Assembly: GCA_018816735.1 (NCBI GenBank)
Contig: JAHIVH010000085.1
Location: 18,066-82,065, forward strand
Direction of reading: 5' to 3'
DNA from: Pseudomonadota bacterium
GTDB taxonomy: Bacteria; Desulfobacterota; Desulfobacteria; Desulfobacterales; JAHIVH01
DNA length: 64,000 nucleotides
The translations under genes were made by a program, and so were the position numbers. Numbering within the stretch: the first letter of the stretch is position 1; every line of letters starts with the position of its first letter. Below are positions 10,656 to 18,836 of this stretch, one piece after another. The notes beneath the pieces were generated by a model. The model did not search any database. It was not told the origin of the DNA and was given only the letters and a program-made list of their open reading frames with translations.

Positions 10656-11439
10656 TGCCAGCGTTTTATGGAATCGGGCAGTGTCCAAAACCTGTTTTAA
10701 TATGGGAATAGGGTGCGTAAATGGGTATCAGGCGTCTTTGCCCGGACAGTTTGTAATGGTTGGATTGAAAGAGAGATTCTCACCCTTATTGAGACGGCCT
10801 TTTTCCATCCACCGGTTGAATATGAAAGACGGCAAGGTTCAATCCATTGAAATTCTCTACAAAGTGGTGGGGGAAAGCACCCGGCTTTTTTCAGCCTTAA
10901 AGGCCGGGGATGACATAAGCGTTTTGGGGCCGCTTGGAAAGGGATTCTCCTGGCAACAATCCTTTAAGCGGATTTTCATGGCAGGCGGTGGTATCGGGAT
11001 TGCGCCCCTTCTTTTTCTTCTGGATACCCTGAAACAAAAAAATGCGGACTTGACGGACAGCCTGGGGTTCATCGGCGGCCGTTCGGCTGACGATATTCTT
11101 TGTGCGGCAGACATGGGTGACCTGGGCCTTTCTGTCCGGATCTCCACAGATGACGGGACCAGCGGCCATCACGGCCTGATAACGGAATTGATGGAAGCGG
11201 CTATTTCAGAAAAGAAACCGGATGTGATTTACGCATGCGGCCCCCATCCCATGTTGAAAGCGGTTTCTGCCATTGCAGACGCTCACCGGATTGCCTGTCA
11301 GATTTCCATCGAGACAATGATGGCCTGTGGTATGGGGGCATGCCTGGCATGTGCGGTGCAAGGACGGAAAGATGATGCAACGTACCGGCATGCCTGCCTG
11401 GACGGGCCTGTGTTTCATTCTGAAGATATCCGGTTATAA
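10642..11439 (+). CDS. pyrK: PyrK-like FAD/[2Fe-2S] electron-transfer subunit (dihydroorotate dehydrogenase B type)
   Basis: RRPFSI flavin motif, GGGIGIAPL NAD/FAD motif and the C-terminal cluster MACGMGACLACAV...C. Overlaps pgeF by 14 nt. No pyrD follows. Confidence 0.75.
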   Translation: MTNTNASVLWNRAVSKTCFNMGIGCVNGYQASLPGQFVMVGLKERFSPLLRRPFSIHRLNMKDGKVQSIEILYKVVGESTRLFSALKAGDDISVLGPLGKGFSWQQSFKRIFMAGGGIGIAPLLFLLDTLKQKNADLTDSLGFIGGRSADDILCAADMGDLGLSVRISTDDGTSGHHGLITELMEAAISEKKPDVIYACGPHPMLKAVSAIADAHRIACQISIETMMACGMGACLACAVQGRKDDATYRHACLDGPVFHSEDIRL

Positions 11440-11521
11440 CGCCCTGTATCAACAAGCGGAATGGGGGTTTTACGATAAACAACATATTGAAATCATAAAA
11501 GAAAAAATTTTCACGTTTGCC

Positions 11522-11549
11522 TTGACTTGTCCAGGTCCCCATGATAATT
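11522..11549 (+). promoter_or_regulatory. Candidate sigma70-type promoter for the atpZ-I-B-E operon
   Basis: TTGACT at 11522-11527, followed 15-16 nt later by GATAAT/ATAATT (11543-11549), about 60 nt upstream of the first atp gene. Found by pattern match only. Confidence 0.3.
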
Positions 11550-11610
11550 ACTCAAATTTCTATTGAGCGAAGCGTTTGTTTGGCCAATATCTGAAAGGTA
11601 ATCTTTTTCG

Positions 11611-11829
11611 ATGAAAAGAGAGACCGTTCGCTGGGTAAGAGAGCTTGCGTCATACAGCAGTCTGGGGTTGACGGTTGCGTTTTCGATTTTTATAGGGCTC
11701 TTTTTGGGTGTGTATCTTGACCGGCGGTTTGGCACCAATCCCTGGCTGACATTGATCGGGCTCGGGTTCGGTATTGCAGCGGGTTTCAGTAATATTATAA
11801 GGGCCATTAACAAAAGCGGAAGACTTTAA
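11611..11829 (+). CDS. AtpZ/ATPase_gene1-family small membrane protein (F0F1-associated)
   Basis: 72 aa with two TM helices. LGLTVAFSIFIGLFLGVYLDRRFGTNPWLTLIGLGFGIAAGF is the AtpZ-like pattern. First gene of the atp F0 cluster. Confidence 0.7.
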   Translation: MKRETVRWVRELASYSSLGLTVAFSIFIGLFLGVYLDRRFGTNPWLTLIGLGFGIAAGFSNIIRAINKSGRL

Positions 11830-11842
11830 AAGGATTTGGACG

Positions 11843-12229
11843 TTGAATATTCAGAAGCGACTACTACATTTCATCACCCGTGCGAACTGGTACCTGTTTT
11901 TCATAGCCAGTGCCTTGGGATTTCTGAATCTTCCGTTTGACGTATTCATGGGAATATTGTGCGGCGGACTCATTGTCACCGTCAATTTTCATCTTCTTTC
12001 CCGTACGCTCAAACGCGCGCTTACCCCGCCCAATCTCACCTCACACAATGTCATCATCGCCAAGTATTATATCCGTTTTATCATAAGCGGTTTTATAATT
12101 TTTATGCTGATTTCAAAGCATATTGTGGATCCTATTGGCCTCATTCTGGGGCTTTCTGTGGTGGTTGTGAGTATCGTTCTTGCAACGGTACTTGAATTGA
12201 CAAAACAAATTTGTAGGGAGGCTGTATAG
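11843..12229 (+). CDS. atpI: ATP synthase protein I
   Basis: 128-aa hydrophobic protein in the position directly upstream of atpB. TTG start according to the track. Confidence 0.6.
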   Translation: MNIQKRLLHFITRANWYLFFIASALGFLNLPFDVFMGILCGGLIVTVNFHLLSRTLKRALTPPNLTSHNVIIAKYYIRFIISGFIIFMLISKHIVDPIGLILGLSVVVVSIVLATVLELTKQICREAV

Positions 12230-12230
12230 G

Positions 12231-12923
12231 ATGAAGCATCCTTTTTTATTTCTCGTTGATCTGTTTGATGTGAATGGTTCCTTATACCATTTTGCCCATC
12301 TTTATCCGCAGGTGGTCTATGCCTGGTTTATCATGGGGCTTTTAATCGTTCTGGGGGCACTGGCTGCCAAAACCATTACCATGGTTCCCGGAAAAATGCA
12401 GAACCTGTTTGAAGTGGTTGTGGACGGGATCGAAAATTTCATGGTCGATACCATTGGAGAAGAGGGCAGATGGCTTTTTCCGCTGGCTGCATCTGTTTTT
12501 CTGTTTATCTTTGTCTGCAACCTGATTGGCCTTGTACCGGGATTTTTCCCCCCCACGGCAAGCTTGAACACAACAGCCGCACTGGCACTGGTTGTGGTTG
12601 TTTTTACCCATGTGATCGGCGTCAAATATCATGGTGCCGCCTATGTGAAACATTTTCTGGGGCCAGTCTGGTGGATGGCGCCATTGATCTGCCCGATTGA
12701 AATCATCGGTCATCTTGCACGTATTCTGTCTTTGTCTTTCAGGCTTTTCGGAAACATGATGGGGCATGAACTGGTACTGGGGATCCTTTTCTTCCTGGCC
12801 GGAGCATTCTTTGCGCCACTGCCGATCATGGCTTTGGGTATTTTCGTGTCTTTTGTTCAGGCCTTTGTGTTTTTCCTCCTGTCCATTATTTACTTCTCAG
12901 GAGCCATGGAACACGCACACTGA
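12231..12923 (+). CDS. atpB: F0F1 ATP synthase subunit a
   Basis: 230 aa, polytopic. Contains the essential Arg context LSLSFRLFGNMMGHE. Confidence 0.95.
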   Translation: MKHPFLFLVDLFDVNGSLYHFAHLYPQVVYAWFIMGLLIVLGALAAKTITMVPGKMQNLFEVVVDGIENFMVDTIGEEGRWLFPLAASVFLFIFVCNLIGLVPGFFPPTASLNTTAALALVVVVFTHVIGVKYHGAAYVKHFLGPVWWMAPLICPIEIIGHLARILSLSFRLFGNMMGHELVLGILFFLAGAFFAPLPIMALGIFVSFVQAFVFFLLSIIYFSGAMEHAH

Positions 12924-13038
12924 TTTTTTAAGGTTATATACGGTTTAGGTTAGTTTAAGTTGATATATATTTAATGTTATTTTGGCTTTTGAATCGGGAA
13001 ATTGGAAGCTGAAAAAAAATCGTAAAAGGAGAATGTAA

Positions 13039-13326
13039 ATGGAAGCAACAGCACTGAATTTTTTTATCGCGTGCGTCACCGCAGCTGGTTTTGGTATTTC
13101 AGTTGCAGCATTTGGTTGTGGTCTTGCTCAGGGCATGGGCCTCAAAGCTGCCGTTGAAGGTATTGCACGAAATCCGGAATCTTCCGGTAAAGTTACCGTT
13201 ACCATGCTGATCGGTCTTGCCATGATCGAGTCTCTGTGTATTTATGCTCTGGTTATTGCGCTGATTCTTATTTATGCGCATCCTCAGGCTGCAACAATCG
13301 CAGGTCTTCTTGGCGGTGGTCACTGA
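13039..13326 (+). CDS. atpE: F0F1 ATP synthase subunit c
   Basis: 95-aa hairpin proteolipid. GLAQGMG...ARNPE loop and the ion-binding Glu in AMIESLCIYALVIAL. Confidence 0.95.
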   Translation: MEATALNFFIACVTAAGFGISVAAFGCGLAQGMGLKAAVEGIARNPESSGKVTVTMLIGLAMIESLCIYALVIALILIYAHPQAATIAGLLGGGH

Positions 13327-13354
13327 TATTTACGGTCACATTGAAGAAGCACAT

Positions 13355-13397
13355 AAAAAGGGCTGTGCCACGCTGGGCACAGCCCTTTTTGTTTTGT
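13355..13397 (+). terminator. Rho-independent terminator after atpE
   Basis: Perfect 10-bp GC-rich stem, gggctgtgcc (13360-13369) pairing with ggcacagccc (13376-13385). The loop is 6 nt and is followed by tttttgtttt. An A-run on the 5' side makes it potentially bidirectional. Confidence 0.85.
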
Positions 13398-13402
13398 AAA
13401 CC

Positions 13403-14917
13403 ATGCTGTTGATTCATCCTCCCATCGTAAAACCCGGCGAACCGCCTGCCGGAATGGCTAAGCTTGCCGGAGCGTTAAGGAAACACCATGTACACTCACG
13501 GATTCTTGATGCATCCATTGAGGGGTTCCATTTTCTTCTTTCTCTTCCCCAGGCACCTCTGGATACCTTCTCTAAACGCGCCTATCGTCATATCAAGGAA
13601 AATCACCATCACCTGATCTCCTGGGAAACATACAGGAATGTCGATAAATATAAAAAGGCAGTCAATGAATTGAACCGGGTGCTCCTGATGGCCGGCGAGA
13701 AGAAAAACATCCATGTTTCCCTGTCCAATTACAGTGACGATATGAGGACACCTGTAAAAAGTGCGGATCTTCTTTTTTCTGCCGAGTTTCCGGAAGCCAA
13801 TCTGTTTTACCCCTATTTTAAACACCGGTTGACCGGGCTTCTGTCAGAAGAAGAACCGGAAATTATCGGATTTTCCCTGAATTACCTGGGCCAGGCATTG
13901 ACCGCATTTGCCATGATCGGATTTTTAAAAAGAATATGCCCGAAAGCAAAAATTGTTCTGGGGGGTGGCCTGGTGACGTCGTGGCTCAGTCGGCCGGACT
14001 GGAAGAATCCGTTTCAAGGCCTGGTCGATCAACTGATCAACGGGCCGGGGGAAAAAAGCCTTCTTGAAATGAAGGGGATTTTTTCCGAAACCTCATCTGC
14101 CTGCCCTGATTTTTGTTCATTTTCTCTTAAGGACTATTTCTCTCCAGGTTTAATTTTGCCTTACAGCACGTCAAGCGGATGTTATTGGGGACGATGTTCG
14201 TTTTGCCCTGAAACCGCAGAAGAAAATTCGTATCTGCCGATATCTGAAGATATTGTACTGAGCGAATTGAACGCTCTTTCCCGTCACGCATCTCCGGTTC
14301 TGACCCATTTTCTGGACAATGCACTGCGCCCTTCCCTGATGAAAGCCCTTATCGAATCACCACCTGGCGTTTCATGGTATGGATTCGCAAGAATTTCAGA
14401 CCATCTTGCCGACCTTGATTTTTGCATGGGGCTGAAGAAATCCGGATGTGTCATGCTTCAGTTGGGAATCGAGTCCGGTGATCAGGGCGTGCTGGACAAT
14501 CTGGACAAAGGGATAAATATAGAGGTAGCGGAAAAAGCCCTTTCTACCCTTAAAAAAGCGGGTATTGCCACCTATGTGTATCTTCTTTTTGGCACACCTG
14601 CTGAAAATTTATCCCAGGCACGCCATACCTTATCGTTTACCGTTAAAAATGCCAATTCAATCGATTTTTTGAATCTGGCAATTTTTAATCTTCCCCTGTT
14701 CAGCAAGGAAGCAGACATGCTTGAGATCGATCCGTTTTATGAAGGTGATCTTTCCCTTTATTCAGACTTCAGGCATCCAAAAGGATGGGGCAGGGCACAG
14801 GTCAGAACCTTTCTCGACAGGGATTTCAAAAGACACAAAGCCATTTCTCCGATTATCAGACGTGATCCGCCCTTTTTTAATTCCAGTCATGCGCCTCTGT
14901 TTAAAATGATTCAATAA
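13403..14917 (+). CDS. B12-binding-domain radical SAM protein
   Basis: 504 aa. N-terminal cobalamin-binding-like region (LLIHPP...) and the cluster motif GCYWGRCSFCPE. Starts only about 6 nt after the atpE terminator T-tract. Confidence 0.8.
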   Translation: MLLIHPPIVKPGEPPAGMAKLAGALRKHHVHSRILDASIEGFHFLLSLPQAPLDTFSKRAYRHIKENHHHLISWETYRNVDKYKKAVNELNRVLLMAGEKKNIHVSLSNYSDDMRTPVKSADLLFSAEFPEANLFYPYFKHRLTGLLSEEEPEIIGFSLNYLGQALTAFAMIGFLKRICPKAKIVLGGGLVTSWLSRPDWKNPFQGLVDQLINGPGEKSLLEMKGIFSETSSACPDFCSFSLKDYFSPGLILPYSTSSGCYWGRCSFCPETAEENSYLPISEDIVLSELNALSRHASPVLTHFLDNALRPSLMKALIESPPGVSWYGFARISDHLADLDFCMGLKKSGCVMLQLGIESGDQGVLDNLDKGINIEVAEKALSTLKKAGIATYVYLLFGTPAENLSQARHTLSFTVKNANSIDFLNLAIFNLPLFSKEADMLEIDPFYEGDLSLYSDFRHPKGWGRAQVRTFLDRDFKRHKAISPIIRRDPPFFNSSHAPLFKMIQ

Positions 14918-15005
14918 AAAAAGAAGGGTTCGCATATTGCAGTAAATAAAGGAGTGTGATACGCGGTCAAAAGGTAAAAACGTGTTGCAACGAAAGGGAA
15001 CCGTC

Positions 15006-15689
15006 ATGCAAAACGAAGTCAGAACGGATATAAAGAAAAACAGGCTTTATATCACCATGAAGAATATGAGTAATGTGGAAATGGAAAGCCTGATTGTTAA
15101 ATTGGATGCCGAGTGCACAAAGCTTGAAAAAGGATTTTCCTGTTTGAACGATATAACCGATTATGACCCCTCATCCCTTGAAAGCGAATCCCTTCTCGTT
15201 AAGGCTCAGAAAAAACTCTGGTTGGCTGGTCTTGGTGTAATTGTAAATATCAGCAGAAATGAGAAACTGGAAGGGCACTATCAGCTCGAAAAAGCCAGCA
15301 AGATGGCTGTGGGGTATTCTGCAGCTGTGGTGTCAAGCCCCAAAGAGGCGGAAGACATTCTGGATGGGAAAAAAATGAGGGACCAGGTATGCCTTGCTGT
15401 CAAGCAGGGGACACTGGAAAGGTTTTCCAGACTGGCCGCCTTTCGAAAAGAGGATACCCTTGAATTTATTGAGTCCGTGCTGATGCGCTATCTTGAAGAC
15501 CAGAAGAAAAAACAACAGGAAAACGAAGATCCCGGGAATGATGAAATTGAACCGGAATCGTTCATGAAAGATTCAATAAAAAGACGATCCAATGATCAGC
15601 TCGCCCCATTGCTCATAGATAAAATTGATCGCTTGACCGGCATCTGTGAGCGCATGGCAATGGCGATGGAAAAACTGGAGAGCAGATGA
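15006..15689 (+). CDS. Hypothetical protein
   Basis: Clean ORF of about 227 aa from the ATG at 15006 (the track gives GTG at 14982). Acidic, coiled-coil-like C-terminal half. No motif recognised. Confidence 0.5.
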   Translation: MQNEVRTDIKKNRLYITMKNMSNVEMESLIVKLDAECTKLEKGFSCLNDITDYDPSSLESESLLVKAQKKLWLAGLGVIVNISRNEKLEGHYQLEKASKMAVGYSAAVVSSPKEAEDILDGKKMRDQVCLAVKQGTLERFSRLAAFRKEDTLEFIESVLMRYLEDQKKKQQENEDPGNDEIEPESFMKDSIKRRSNDQLAPLLIDKIDRLTGICERMAMAMEKLESR

Positions 15690-15722
15690 TCGTGTTAACC
15701 ATTTAAAGAAGGAGTATGCGTC

Positions 15723-16295
15723 GTGATCAAAGCATGTAATCTAAAAAAAGGCATGATTGTTGAAATAAATAACAAGCCGTATCAGGCTAAACATATTGAT
15801 GTTCAGACCCCATCTGCCAGAGGTGCAAATACACTTTATAAAGTCAGGTTCACCTCTGTTCCCGGCGGACAGAAACTCGACCAGACGTTCAAGGGAAATG
15901 ATGCACTTGAAGAAATGGAACTTGAAAGGCGCTCTGTTAATTTTATCTTCAGCGATCAAACCATGTATACCTTTATGGATACGGGAAACTATGAACAATA
16001 TGCATTTTCTGAAGACGCTCTGGAAGGTCAGGTCGAGTGGCTTATAGATGGACTGGAAGGCATCACGGCGCTTTTGCTTGATGGTCAGCCTATTTGCATT
16101 GAATTGCCGTCTTCGGTGATTCTGGAAATCGTTGAAACCGCACCTGCCATCAAGGGGGCTACGGCCACCAATCAGAATAAACCCGCAACACTTTCAAATG
16201 GTCATGTGGTGCATGTGCCTGAATATATGTCCGCAGGGGACAAGGTACAGGTGAATACGGAAACAGGTACGTTCATGTCCCGTGTCAGGGGCTAA
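15723..16295 (+). CDS. efpL: Elongation factor P-like protein (YeiP/EfpL type)
   Basis: 190 aa with a GTG start 9 nt after AGGAG. LKKGMIVEINNKPYQAKHIDVQTPSARGANTLYKVRF and IVETAPAIKGATATNQNKPATLSNGHVVHVPEY align closely with E. coli YeiP as I remember it. The loop is Arg-containing (SARG) rather than the PGKG of canonical EF-P. Confidence 0.85.
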   Translation: MIKACNLKKGMIVEINNKPYQAKHIDVQTPSARGANTLYKVRFTSVPGGQKLDQTFKGNDALEEMELERRSVNFIFSDQTMYTFMDTGNYEQYAFSEDALEGQVEWLIDGLEGITALLLDGQPICIELPSSVILEIVETAPAIKGATATNQNKPATLSNGHVVHVPEYMSAGDKVQVNTETGTFMSRVRG

Positions 16296-16532
16296 CGGTT
16301 GCTTGGGTTCGTTGAGTTCATTGGGTTTCTCAGAGATCAGACGCCATCCCATTCCTTCATATAAATCAAACCACGCATGCCTTTACTTCCAAAGCTGTGG
16401 TTTGATATAATCCGTTTATCAACTTTTTGAATCATAATGTTTGACTTCAATAAAATTATATTTTATCAAATATATATTGTGGCTTTAAGATACACATATC
16501 GATCGAAAGCCATTTAGTCTATTCAGATAAAT

Positions 16533-18836
16533 ATGAACATCCAATTGTTGAAGAGGGGCATTATGAAAGATGAAAAAACCGGTGGAAAAGACAAAGGCAA
16601 ATATACGATGAACATGCGCACGTCTGTGCAGCATACGCTTCTGGATCAGACAGGGGCCGGTAAATATAAAATCGGTCATATTCTGGTAAAGGAGGGGGCC
16701 ATCACACAGGATCAGCTGAAGGAAGCCATGCAGATCAAAAATGGTGATCAGGCTCTGGGTCAGGAAAATCCCCTGAAGTTAAGTTCCATCCTGAAAAAGT
16801 TGGGGCATATCAGCGATAAAACCGTACCCTGGATTCTTGCAAAAAAGTATGGCTATCACATGACGCGCATTTCAGGCAAGTCAACTGAGGCATTGGCAAG
16901 GCAATTTCCCTATGATCTGATGAAAAAGCATATGGCTTTTCCTGTGGCCATGAAGTCCGATGATACGTTGGTGCTGGCCATGGCAGAACCCACAGATACG
17001 GATTCGGTCGATCAGTTGCAACGCAGTACAAAACGGACGCTTGAGATCCGGGTTTGTCCGGAAAATGAAATTATCGATGCCTACAGAAACCATTATGGGA
17101 TAGAGGAAAATGAGTATGAGAATTTGTTAAAACCTCTAAATGCAGATGAAAAAGATGAGATGCTGCCGATCACCCGTGTGGAAGATTTTGGTTCGATTAT
17201 TTCAGAGGCAACGGATCATCTTGAAATTTCTCATGAAACAAAAGAAAAGGAAGAATTGAGTGCGAATGCCACGCCTATCATCAAACTGGTTCGGGGTATC
17301 CTGACCCAGGCGATCACAGACCATGCCAGTGATATCCATATCGAGCCCAATGACAAGGTGCTTCAGGTGAGATGCCGGAAAGATGGCGCCCTCTTCAAAT
17401 CCATGAATCTTCCGGTTACGATTAAAAACGCAATTACGTCGAGAATCAAGGTTCTGGCCAAGCTGAAAATTGAAGAAAAAAGGATGCCTCAGGATGGCAG
17501 GATAAAAATGATTTTTGGAAAAAAGAAGAATGTCGACTTAAGGGTTTCAACACTTCCCACCCTGTATGGTGAAAAAATCGTCATGCGAATTCTCGATCAG
17601 TCCAACCTCAATATGGATCTGATTCAGCTGGGATTGGATGGAGAAACTCTGCGCACGTTTAAAAGGTGCCTTTCCCGGCCATATGGCATGGTGCTTGTCA
17701 CCGGCCCCACAGGCAGCGGTAAAACAACAACGCTTTATTCAGCTTTATCCCGGTTGAACAAGGAGGATGTGAATATAATGACCTCTGAAGATCCTGTGGA
17801 GTTCAATATCAGAGGAATAAACCAGGTCAATGTCAATTCATCCATAGGGTTTAATCATGCGTCGGCACTAAAGGCATTCTTGAGGCAGGACCCGGATATT
17901 ATGATGATTGGAGAAGTAAGAGATCTGGAGACCGCTGAAATCGCTGTAAAAGCTGCCATGACTGGACATCTAGTCCTGAGTACGCTTCATACCAATGATT
18001 CGGCCGCAACGGTCAATAGACTGGTTGATATGGGCATTCCGTCATATTTGTTAGCCTCTTCTCTTATCATGATTTTAAGCCAGCGGCTTGTGAGAAAATT
18101 GTGTCCATATTGTAAAAAGGAAAAGGAAACCCCCGATATTCTCCTGCAGAATCTGGGCTATGACAAGGAAGAGATTGAAGAGGGGCTTAAAATATATCTG
18201 CCCAAAGGATGTGAGATCTGTAATGGCACAGGATATAAAGGCAGAGTAGGCCTTTATGAATTGATGGAGGTGAGCGAGGATATTTTAAACGGAATCAGTT
18301 GCGGCTTGCCGGAAAATCAGTTGCGGCGCATTGCCATAAGGGATGGTATGGTTTCTTTGCGGCGGGCAGGACTTGATAAAATAAAGGAGGGGCTGACATC
18401 AATAGAGGAGGTTACCAAACACACCGTTCTTTATAAAGATATATTGCCGTCCTATCTGGCCAATCCTGAGGTTGAAATCTATGAAGATGGAGAAATCATT
18501 ATTTATGAAGGTGCAGAGGACAAGGATTTCTTTTCACTGGTAAGAGGTGAACTTGAAGTGTTCAAGGGAAAGCGGAAAGTGGGCGTCATTCGGGAGCGGG
18601 GCACTTTTTTTGGAGAAATCGCAGCGATTACAAATGGCAGCAGGACAGCGACTATCAGAGCATCTGGAAAATCAGTTGTAAAAAGATATCCGGGAGACAA
18701 GCTCCTTGAAGTCATCGGAGAATATCCTGAAACCGCAAAGCCGTTATTTAGGACAATGGCTCAGCGTTTAAGAGATTCAATGACAATACTGGGGAGATTG
18801 ACTGCAAAGAAATTAGAACCCGTTCATGAACGATAG
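16533..18836 (+). CDS. PilB/GspE-family secretion/pilus ATPase fused to a C-terminal cyclic-nucleotide-binding domain
   Basis: T2SSE_N-like N-terminus; Walker A GPTGSGKTTT; Asp box EDPVE; Walker B IMMIGEVRD; His box TGHLVLSTLHTND; tetra-Cys CPYC...CEIC. The last ~125 aa carry the cNMP signature FFGEIAAITNGSRTATIRA. The start is uncertain (16533, 16563 or 16608). Confidence 0.85.
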   Translation: MNIQLLKRGIMKDEKTGGKDKGKYTMNMRTSVQHTLLDQTGAGKYKIGHILVKEGAITQDQLKEAMQIKNGDQALGQENPLKLSSILKKLGHISDKTVPWILAKKYGYHMTRISGKSTEALARQFPYDLMKKHMAFPVAMKSDDTLVLAMAEPTDTDSVDQLQRSTKRTLEIRVCPENEIIDAYRNHYGIEENEYENLLKPLNADEKDEMLPITRVEDFGSIISEATDHLEISHETKEKEELSANATPIIKLVRGILTQAITDHASDIHIEPNDKVLQVRCRKDGALFKSMNLPVTIKNAITSRIKVLAKLKIEEKRMPQDGRIKMIFGKKKNVDLRVSTLPTLYGEKIVMRILDQSNLNMDLIQLGLDGETLRTFKRCLSRPYGMVLVTGPTGSGKTTTLYSALSRLNKEDVNIMTSEDPVEFNIRGINQVNVNSSIGFNHASALKAFLRQDPDIMMIGEVRDLETAEIAVKAAMTGHLVLSTLHTNDSAATVNRLVDMGIPSYLLASSLIMILSQRLVRKLCPYCKKEKETPDILLQNLGYDKEEIEEGLKIYLPKGCEICNGTGYKGRVGLYELMEVSEDILNGISCGLPENQLRRIAIRDGMVSLRRAGLDKIKEGLTSIEEVTKHTVLYKDILPSYLANPEVEIYEDGEIIIYEGAEDKDFFSLVRGELEVFKGKRKVGVIRERGTFFGEIAAITNGSRTATIRASGKSVVKRYPGDKLLEVIGEYPETAKPLFRTMAQRLRDSMTILGRLTAKKLEPVHER

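Noticed and set aside
16365-16406. A 10-bp inverted repeat (atcaaaccac/gtggtttgat) after efpL, considered as a terminator.
   Set aside because: The loop is 22 nt and no T-tract follows. It may still be a regulatory hairpin, but the evidence is too weak to annotate.
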